Shown piece after piece: positions 48,266-58,625 of a stretch of DNA of 64,000 bases. Source of the DNA: Geosiphon pyriformis uo1. Lineage: Eukaryota > Fungi > Glomeromycota. The stretch is taken from assembly GCA_016748015.1 (NCBI GenBank), contig JAAOMT010000040.1, forward strand, positions 1 to 64,000, read 5' to 3'. A model generated the notes under the pieces. That model worked only from the letters and a program-made list of their open reading frames with translations, did no database searches and had not been told where the DNA came from. The position numbers and the translations under genes are program-made. Every line of letters starts with the position of its first letter. Position 1 is the stretch's first letter.

Positions 48266-49326
48266 TGTTACCAACTGAAATTTAAGATATTATTTAATAT
48301 AAAATTTTTTTTATAATTTTTGTTATTAATTAGCATATATTATTATGTGATTAAGCTTTACTCATTAAATTGTTAATAAAAAAATATATTATTATTTTAA
48401 TTTATTACTTATTATTTTATCAAATTATTTAAATTATCAGTTAATTAATAACTCGATTTGTACAAAACACAAATATAACCAAATTATAATAATTAGATCA
48501 TGTAATATACTGAATTATATAATATTTAAAAATTTGCCAAAATATTTAATAATTTAACAAAATATTTAACAGTTTAGTAAAATAATTTATAGTTTGCAGA
48601 AATAATTTGTAGTTTAATAAAATATATATTTATTTTGCTGAAATATTAAAAAAAAAAGTGTTAAATTATAGAATAATATTATAACAAATTGTATAAAAGA
48701 AGAGTTTTTCTCTTTAAAAAAATATATTTTAATTTAGAATTATTACTTTTTAAATATTTTTTCTTATAATAATTTTTTTTACAAATCAACTCCAATAAAA
48801 CTTACTTGAAAAACATAAAATTTTTTATTAATTATTGCTTTAAAATTAACTATTTTATATTAATATTTCGAAATTGATTAATTACCAATTTTAATAAACT
48901 ATTAATAACTTTTAGATCTGGATCTAAAACAACTTTTCCAATATATTTTCTTATTTTTTCTTTAGTTTATTTTATTTTATTTTATTTTATTTTATTTATT
49001 TTATATTATTAAGTAGTTCATAGTTAAGATTTCATATAAAAAAGTTAACTTTTATAACAAAGTAATTACACACACTTTTGAAAAACTTACAGACGAAATT
49101 TTTTATAAAAGAGTTAACTTTTATCACAAAATAATTATACAAATAATTGGCATAGAATTGGCTATTTTATTATAAATTTAATAATACATACAGTCCAAAA
49201 TATAAAAAAATACTTTAAAAAAAAAATTAGCTTATTAAAGATTTATCAATTTTTATTAACAATAAAATTAATAGTAAAATAATATTAATAATATTAAAAA
49301 AAAAAATAGAAAAACTTTTAATAACA
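48266..49326. mobile_element. Solo LTR, family B (1061 bp)
   Basis: Termini TGTTACCA...TAATAACA; TSD ATAT at 48262-48265 and 49327-49330; collinear with 23805-24769. Confidence 0.78.
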
Positions 49327-50055
49327 ATATAAACATATTATTCAATATAACTTAACTATTTAAGTTAATTACTACTGTATTTTTCACAATAATATAAGTA
49401 AAAACAAGAATAATTACTATCAGCTTAATAAAAATTAATAATAAAATACCATAAATGTCTAAACTAATTTTAATATTAAAATCTAAAAAATAAGCAAATA
49501 TACTAGTTAAAGCATTTTAAAAATTCAAATTTTTAACAGATTCATTAGTAAATTATTCTTAAATTAGTTTTAATTAAGTATTTTTCAACTATTTTTAAAT
49601 TATTATATTTAAATAAATCAAAAAATAGACTTAATTAAAAAAATAAAAAATAAAAACTATTAAAATTACTATTAAAAATAAATCTAACAAACAAAATAAA
49701 TCAGACAAAAGTTAGATCTTTAAAATATAAATTTTTTTAATAATAAAAATTTTTTCAAGTAAAACAAGAACTGTATTAACTTAAAAATTAATTAATAAAA
49801 GCAATACCAAATTTTTTTAGAAAACAAACCAAACCAAAATAGATTAAAATATTTAAAACATCTAACAATAAAACTTTATTTTTTAGCCAAAACCATGTTA
49901 GTTATATTAACCAAAAAATTGTTTAATAAATTAATAGATAGTTTTATAAAAAATTAAAATAGATATTATAAAGTTTAGAATATAATTTACAAATTTATTA
50001 TATAATAATTAAAAAACCATTAAACTATATAATAAAAAATACTAAATAATATTAG

Positions 50056-53000
50056 GAAAAAACTTCTTTTTCTCCTTCATCTAAAATTCCCAAAAAAGAG
50101 TCAAAAGTTTTTTCAAAAAGAAGTTTTTTTACTATTCAGTACAATAAATCAAAACCATTCTTCAATTATGAGACCACTGTTGGCTCTGTTATTGCTGTTA
50201 TAAAAAAGACTATTAAAGTTTCTGGTTCTGAGAGTGGTTTCAAGGCAGTTGTATCGAGGAAAAAGAGGAAGGAAAGTGTGTTGGCAGAGGGTGTTGATAA
50301 TAGAGGGATTGCTGCTAAAGCTCTTAATGTTTGTTTATGAGGTTTAGAGACTGGAGACACTATTAAGTCTAAGAGTGTTAATATAAAAAAAAAGTGTCTG
50401 GTGGAGGAGACCAGCTTTGATTATGGTAAAAGTGATGCTCTGGCTGGTAGGGATCATAATCAGACACCCATGAGTTTAAAAGTTAAAACTAAGAAGACAT
50501 TGGGCAAGCCGTTGGGAAAGATTGATTTCTCAAAGAGTAGTGATGATAATGGTGTTCTCTCGGATGCTCCTCTTGAGCTCCCCCCTCCTATGAAAAACTT
50601 GGTCAATGTTCCAATCAGGAAGTTATTCGTATTGAATATTGGCTTGGATAAGGTGGCCGGCAAATTTTCTTAGGAAAAGCTTGTGGTGGTGAGGAAATTA
50701 TTTTCTGGAATCAATGGTTTTGGGGAGGTGTCTACCCCCTCAAAATTCTCAGAGATCATCAGAACAACGTTTACTTCCAAATCGAGTCTAATAAAAGCTA
50801 TTGATAAGGCTGCAAGTGTGAAGATCTTAGTAAACACCAATCTCAAAAAATCTTCTAGGTGGTCAGATCAGGCTGTGGTCATAAAAAAAATTCCAATTGA
50901 AACGTCAGCTGAGGCTGTGCACGTTGCGCTATCTGAGTTTGGAGTTTTTAAGGCAATCAAGATACAATTAATTGGGCTGTGGCAGAAGGCAGTGGTAGAT
51001 TTCGAGCAATCAGATTAGGCTGATTTGGTTGCAGCTGAGTGGTCCATTCTGATCGGAAAAGATGCTGTACACGTGGCTAGGACTAATTCAGACAAAGAGG
51101 CATGAGACGCAAGGGATTGACATAGAGCACTACTCTACATATTGCCAATGGAGACTAATGCTCATAATATCTGGGACTTTGTTAGATCTGTGAGTAGGAA
51201 AACATGCATCATTAATCGTCATCCCATTACGTATGCTCGGGCCAGGTGTGCTGTTGTTTGCTTCGACTCTGCTGAATCATTGAATGCTGCTGTGTGAACT
51301 ATGCCAGTACTTAAAAATGCCAATCTCCACTGGTCTTGTCTTATTTCTGCTAAATGCACCAAGTGTGAAAAGTTGGGTCATACATTATTGGGTTGTGTAG
51401 TTGGTGGGAAATTTTCTTCTGGTAATTCATCGCGTAGGGCTTTCTCAGACACAGATAAAAGCAGGTTGGCAGCCATCTATGCCAAACACTTGGCTCCAGT
51501 TGCTCATCCGGTCTCTTTTGGTGGTCTATCTTGGGCAAAGATTGTTTGTGAGTCTTCTTCTCTCCCCTTTTCTAGTCAGGATGTTTTGTTGAATGATGGC
51601 TTCTTTTCGGAGATAAAGCCATCCCTACCAGTTACAATAAAGATCAACAATAGGTTCACCACTCTTGAGCGCAGTCTCACCAGCCTTGCAGAACAAGTTA
51701 GTAAGCTGGCTAAGAGGTTGGATGCACTTGGGCCAATGGTTCTCCAGCCTAGCCCTGGATGTCAGCCATTGGTGACCCCTTCATCACAGGATCAAGGAGT
51801 GGATGTAGTGATGAATGAAAGCTTGGGTGTGTCCACTAGTGGTGGGACTGTCATGGAAGCAGTGTCTTTTGATATGTCTTCAGTATCTAAGCTGGAAAAC
51901 AGCATGAAATGTTTAATGGAAATGGTTTTGGGCCTTTCAGCCAAAATAGATAGTATAGGTGTGCATTCGGTGTCCCTACCCCTCACTCAATGAGCAGTTT
52001 GGTCTGGAAATTTGCTATGTGCAACATCAGGGGCATGAACAATTCTGCTAAGCAGGAGAACATTATTAGGTGGCATAAGGAAATAAACAATTTGGTCTTT
52101 ATCGTTACTGAAACAAAATTAAGAAGTAAGGTTTGGCTGTGGATCGCAGATAAGTTTGATGGTGTTCAAGTGTTCACTTCTGGTTTAGACTCTGGTCATT
52201 TGAGTGTGGATGTTGCTGTTATCATGGACATTTCTTTGGCTCATCACATGTACAAGGTTTCTGAGGTGCCTGGTCGGCTCTTGTCCATTAAATTACTTTT
52301 CAAGAGTAAACTTTCTGTGTTGATTCTGGGGCTTTATGCTGGTGCTTTTCCGGCAGTTTGGTTCTCTCAGGCTGGTGAAGTCAACTCTCTTATTGCAAAG
52401 GCTGTCAATGAATCCTTTTTCATTGTTCTTGGTGGTGATTTCAATGAAGATGGTTCTTGTAAGTGTGCAAGTTTTAGGAAGTGCCTTGATTTGGGTCTGG
52501 CAAATTCTTTGGTCAGAAGCCCAGCTGTAAAATTGCCCACTTGGACAAACTCTAGGGGTGTTAGGAAAACAATTGACTATGTGATGGTTTTTTCAAATTT
52601 GGTTAATGCAATAGTACACCACAGTGTCTCAGATGTTGGTGAGCATTTCGAAATGGACCATCAGGCTGTTTCTGTGTCTTTGGGTTTGGGTGGTTTATTG
52701 GATATGCAGTTGAACTCTCTTCGCAAACAGGCGAATAGAGATCATTGGAAGTTTAATTTTAAGGGTGCTGATGATGCGAAATAGAACAAGTTCAAGAGTG
52801 CTACAGCTGCTAATGCCACCATGTTCTCTGATGATTTTATTGCCTCCCAGCAATTCTCAGATTTGGATGCGATATGAGACATTGTTCGCAAGATAATGGT
52901 TCTTTTAGCTGATGAGGTGTTCAAGAAGAAATGGTTTAAGGACTATAATAGTGTTTTCACTAAGGAATCATCCAAATTTTATAAGTTAGAACTTTTGATA

Positions 53001-56000
53001 TCGAAGCTGGTTAAAGCTTCTCGGTCGATTTGTCATGACAAATTCATTTCACTGTTGGATGTCTGGGGTTCTCTTGATAATGATAACGTCTCTGTGATCA
53101 GATCTCTTTTTCTCTCCAGTTCTCCTCTTAATACTGTTCGGTCAGCCCTTTCCAAGGTCAGAAAAACCTATTACTTACTTAAAATGGCAGAATTGAAACA
53201 CATAGAGGAATCTCATATTAAATCGGCAATCAATAAGAGGATGGAAAGTTTCAAGCTAAACAAAAGTTACACTATTCGGAGTGTTCTGGAGTGCCCTTTC
53301 CATAAAGTCGTTTTGGATCACTTAGTTGTGGATGATGAGCTAATTTTGAAACCTGGTCCTGTGAGATCAAGGGTGGATGAAATCATAGAAGGATGGACTA
53401 AGAAGCATAGGGTGGTTTCCAATGTTCCTGATGTGTGATACTGTCAGTATTGGCTATTGGATTACATTTTTGATGAGGCTTTTTCTGGTGTAATGCAGCC
53501 AATTGAGTTTTTGGAATTGTTCGGCATGGTTTCTGATCTGCCTATTGGCAAGGCTGCTGGTCTTTCGGGTATTTCAAATGAGCTGTGGATGCATAGTGAT
53601 AGGTCTGTTTTGGATATGCTCTTGGTGCTTCTGAATTCTTGTCTGTTTTATAAGTCTGTGTCTGGTCCTTGGAGGGAAGCTTGGATTTCGATGATCCCTA
53701 AATTATACGAGTGGGAAGGTGTCTTCACAAATACCCAACCTATAGCCTTGATCGAGACAGCTTGCAAGATTCTCTCCAAGATTCTCTCTGATAGGATATT
53801 GCTGGCATGCAGTGCTCATGACATTTTTCATGGAGATAATTTTTCAGTTTTGAAGAGTACAACTACCCAAACTCTTATTTTTGCTATTGGTTTGGTTGTT
53901 GAGGATGCTTTGGAGAAGAACAGGAAGCTCTGGCTGGTATTGCAAGACATGCAAAAAGTGTACAACTCTGTTGGATGGGAGCATCTCGAAAAGTGTTTGG
54001 TCAGGATCAAAATGTGTGGCAAATTTATTCGCTTTTTCGGTAATATTCATAGGAATCAGACCAATCGGGTTATGACGGATTTTGGTTTAACTGATAATTA
54101 TAGTGTACATGATGGATTGGACTAAGGAGAAGTTTTTTTCCCCTTTCTTTGGCGCATATTTTATGATCCTCTTTTGTGTAAAGTCAAGCATCAGAAGAGT
54201 GTGTGTGGGTATAGACTTAATTCTCATTTTGTTTTTAAGAGTGGTCGCGCTGAATCTCATGCTGGGTTTTCTACTTTTTTTGCTACTGGGGCCTTTGTTG
54301 ATAACACGATTTGGGTTGGCAGCAGTCAGGCTGCTACTCAACATATTTTCAATGTTGCTAGTGAATTTTTTCGGATAAATGACATTTCAATCAATAATAA
54401 CAAAACTGTGGCTATTCCTATTAATAGCAGGATCAGCAATCCGTCTCTTTTTATCAGTGGTTCACCTATTTCCATAGCCAAAAAAGGTGAATCTCATCGG
54501 TATTTTGGTATCTTTCTCTCAACTGATGGTCTTTTTAAGCCTAGTTTGGCTAAAGTGCATTCAAACGTTCATTTTTTCAGTAATTTGGTTCTAAAGAAAG
54601 TGGTTTCAGATAAGCAGTTTTTGTACCTGGTGTTGGTAGTTCTCTAACCTATAGTCAGTTATAGGATGCAGTTCAGCTTTGTCCCTGTTAGTGTGTGCAA
54701 CAAGTGGAATGCTCTGATTTACAAGGGTTTGAAACTTAAGTCTGGTCTTCTTTTTGATTTTCTTAGTGACACGATTCATCATTTTTTCTTTTATGATTTG
54801 AGGTTCTTCTCACAATGTCAGTCTGAAAGCAAGGTTGCTTCACTTATTAGTTTTGCGAACTCCTGCGGGGTTCTGGGTTAATTGTTTAGTCACAGGTCTC
54901 ATGACTTGCAGGTTCTGTGTTGACATTCTATTCATCCATTGAATTCACCAGCTCGTATCCATGTCTGTGTTTCCAATAATTTCTTGTCAGATTTGGTATG
55001 CATTCTTCTTGAATACAATTTGTCTTTAGGTGGCTCTTTGGCCAGCTCTTTTTGGTTTTATGATGGGGTGCCTATATCTGCTGTTCTGGACAAATCCTTG
55101 TTTTTCAAATACTTGCCTTCTCTCCAGCGTTATGGCATTGTCTTTGTGGATTAGCTTCAGAATCATCATGGGAATATCTTCGATTGGTACATTTTTAAGC
55201 AGTAGAAGAAACTGGATTCTCGTGGCCCAGTTCTTGAGTAGTTTGGATGCTCTGTTGCATTTTTCAGTGGTGCGCCTCCCTCTCCTTTGGCTTTGAGTGG
55301 TGTTGGCCCTGTGGACATTTGTGGTTCTAATGATTTTGTGTCTGTATGTGATCATCTTTCTTAGGTTGGCGCTGATAGTTTGTCTGTATATACAGATGGG
55401 TCAGTAAAAAATTTGGGCATAACTGATTGTAGGACCAGGGCTGCTGCCTTTTTTGAGGACATTAACTTGGATTTGGGTGTCTGTGTTCAGAGTTTGATGT
55501 TGTCTACTTTGGCGGAGTTGTAGGCTATAGTGTTGGCTCTAAAGTGCATACCTGTGGATCATTCTGTTTGCCTGTTTTCAGATAGCCAGGCAGCTTTGGA
55601 TGCTTGCAAGTCGGAGGTTAACTTGGTGTATCCTGACTTTTACAATCAGTGTTGGGTTAAGCACTGGCATATTGGAAATATTATCTGCAAAAAAAAGTTG
55701 AGGGTTAGCTAACACAAGGTCAAGAGCCACTCTGGTGTGTTAAGAAATGATTGCGCTGATAGCATTGCTGACGCTACAGCTTTCTCTGATTGGTTTCTCC
55801 CTTCTCGTGTTGCTGAATGGTTTTTGTTGGCAGATAGTGGTATTGTTTTTGGTAATTCTAGGCACTTTGTTTGAAATGTTTTTTGTGCTGTCTGTTGGGC
55901 ATGCTGGGAGGTCGGTTCTGGTTCTAGGTTTCTAGCTGGTAATTTGCACTCAAATGTCAATTGGCTTATCTCTTCTGGAGTTTGGCACCCAGATTTGCAT

Positions 56001-56803
56001 ATGGCAACTGGTTTTACTAGCAGGCGCACTGCTGATATCTGTACTTACCTTATGAAGACTTTGCACTGTCAGCTTTCTATTGCTGTACGAAAGTGCGTTT
56101 ATCATAAAAGTTACCCTAGTGTTTTGTGTCTGTATTGTGATGAGGTGGAGGTGTCTGATCATGTGTTTTCTTATGTGATTGATGATGTGGCTCGTCATTG
56201 GGTTTTGGAATCCTGTATGTCTTCTTAGAAGGTGCTTTCTGGTCTCTTCCTCTCTTTTTCAAGCATTTTACAGATGCTGTCAACCTGTGCTTCAGATTTC
56301 CTGGTATTCTCGGCCCTTTGTAAGGGTTTTGTTTTCAAAGGATGGCTTCAAGAGGCTGTTTCTATTTTCCATGATCCCAGAGTTGCTGGCATTAAAATTG
56401 CTGATTTTGTACGCTCTATTTGTGTCACTTTCAGGAATGACATTTGGTTGGTCTATGCTAAGCATCATGCATATATGGAAAAGAATGGCCTGATCCTAGT
56501 GGATGGCTCAGTTTCCATCTCAGTTTCTGGTTTGGCTTCAAGATTCTCGAATGGTGTGATTAAACTGCTTGGTGTTACTAAAGCTTTTGGCATTCGTTTT
56601 GGCTTTCGCAAATTTTGCTCTTTTTTTTCAGGTATTGGTGACCCAGTTACAGTTAATATAATTGCATAGTGTTGTCCTGACTGGCTCAAGTGGCTGGTCA
56701 CGTGTGGAAAGTGCATGATTCACGCCTAGTTTAGATCATTTCTTTGATGTATAGTTCTAGATAGTGTTTGGACTTTACTTGTTAAATAATAATAATAAAA
56801 AAT
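50056..56803 (+). mobile_element. Full-length inactivated LINE (ORF1 ~50200-51993; ORF2 51990-56669, APE-RT-RNase H-CCHC)
   Basis: 11-bp TSD AATAATATTAG at 50045-50055 and 56804-56814. Motifs: CTKCEKLGHTLLGC knuckle; NIRG, TETK, GGDFNE, TIDY, MDH; LQDMQKVYNSV, AFVDNT; YTDGS, SDSQ, HSG; CLYC..HVFS. All ORF2 segments are in one frame. Confidence 0.95.
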
Positions 56804-56959
56804 AATAATATTAGTAAAAAATTTTTAAATAAATTAGTCTTAGATTTTGGTTTTTTTTAATAATCAAGTTTTACTTGGCACAAACATATTTAGTCACAAA
56901 ATCAAATTGAATATAATAATTTATAAAATTTTTCTCTTGTTAATCTTTTAATCATGACA

Positions 56960-58625
56960 AGAATAAAGAATTATCAAAAAAATAGCTCTTCTTTTCTCTT
57001 TTTTCCCTTTGTTTTTCTTAATTATTTCTTTTAACTTACTTTTTTTTGTTGTAATAGAACCAATAGACTCTTTTGTTGATGATTTTGATTTGGAATTAGC
57101 TGGTTTAAAAACACACTCAAGCACCAAAAAAAAGTAAATAAAAAGTATATATTCTTGCAGTATGTTTTATAAAAGCCAAAAAAGCCTGATATAAGTGTTA
57201 GTGTAATTGACTTATATGCTGGTTTTTTAAGCCTTAAAGATATTAATGTCTCTAATAAAAAGTCTGTAGTGTTTTGAGATATCAAAGTTGACAATAAAGC
57301 CAGTAATATTAGTAGTTTATTAAATGTAAAATATATGAAAAACACAGTTGTTAAAAAGACTAGCTATATAAATTTAGATACTTTAATAGTTAATAAGAAT
57401 ATAAATAATACTATGCTACAAAAAACTCATACTTAAACATATATGTTGGGTCAATTACCAAAAACTTTTTCATTTATGAATTTAAGTAATAATAAAGATG
57501 TTTTAATGCTTCTGCTATTTAAGTTTAATAGCTTTAAGCAATTTTTATTAGTCAGATTATATGTTTCAAAAACATAAAGCTTTAGTTTGACAAAATTTTT
57601 TGCATTAAAAATTGAGCTTTCTGCTGTATCTGAAAAATTATCTGGTAATAAGTTGATGTCAAAAAATTTTTTTTATTGTATTAATAATTTTGGAAAAACA
57701 TTAACTCTTTTAAAATTTCTTGGTATAATTAGATTATTTTTTACATCTGAGTTTAATTTTAAAAAAACTAAGAAGTTGGCAATTAATAAAAATATTTTAG
57801 TTAATAATAATATTAAAATGGCAAACAAATATATGAATCAAGAAGTAATAATCAAAAAAATTTCTGTTAATTTTTCAATATTAGCTGTGGAATCAGTTTT
57901 TTTCAAATTTAATAAGATTATGTCTATTAAAATACAGTTAATTAGTCTTTGACAAAAAGCTTTGATGGAATTTAAGTCAGCTAAAATTGCCAATTTGGTT
58001 GTAGCCAAATGGTCTGTTCTCATAAAAAAAGATTCTGTTTATGTTATAAAAACTGTTGATAATAAACAAACATTGGTATTTAAAGATTGATATTAAACTT
58101 TGCAATATAAAAAGTATTAAGAGAAGCTATAATATAATTTGCCAATATAATATTTTTTAGATATTAGTATAATAAATATAATTGCTTAAAAAACAAACAA
58201 ACATCAAAATTTCTTAGGTTAGATCTGCTTATTGCTAAGATTATAAAAAAATAGAATTTTAAAGATCTGTTGAAATTTGATCATCTTGTTAAAGTTTAGT
58301 TAACTATTAATAATGTAAAAATGTCTAAGATTGCCAATATGATTCAAGATAATATAAAATTGACAAAAATTATTAAATATTTGTTAATAGTTAGGAAAAG
58401 ATATCAAAAATCCAAGTATTATAAATCATAGACATCTGAAAACATGATTATTCAGAAAGCAATTAAATAATATATGGAGAATTTTTGCTCTGATAAAAGG
58501 CAGATAATAAAAAATATTCTAAAATAACTTTTCCACAAAGTTGTTTTAGATCACTTAGTAATTAAAAATAAATTAGTTGTAAAGTCTAAAAAAGTAAAGC
58601 TTAGAATTGATAAGATCATAGAAAA
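56960..58625 (+). mobile_element. Eroded, internally deleted LINE (ORF1 portion joined to an ORF2 portion)
   Basis: INNFGKTLTLLKFLGIIR and IKIQLISL match ORF1 motifs; FHKVVLDHLV..VKLRIDKII matches the ORF2 linker of the intact copies. Confidence 0.75.

Noticed and set aside
47050-50044. Possible gag-like relics in very AT-rich DNA (also 14700-15244, 22031-22550, 27050-27780)
   Set aside because: Probably old TE debris, but too eroded to assign a family or boundaries by eye.
50056-56803. Alternative genetic code or stop-codon readthrough explaining the in-frame stops
   Set aside because: All three stop types occur at W/Q/R positions alongside missense transitions in catalytic residues, and the host genes use the standard code.
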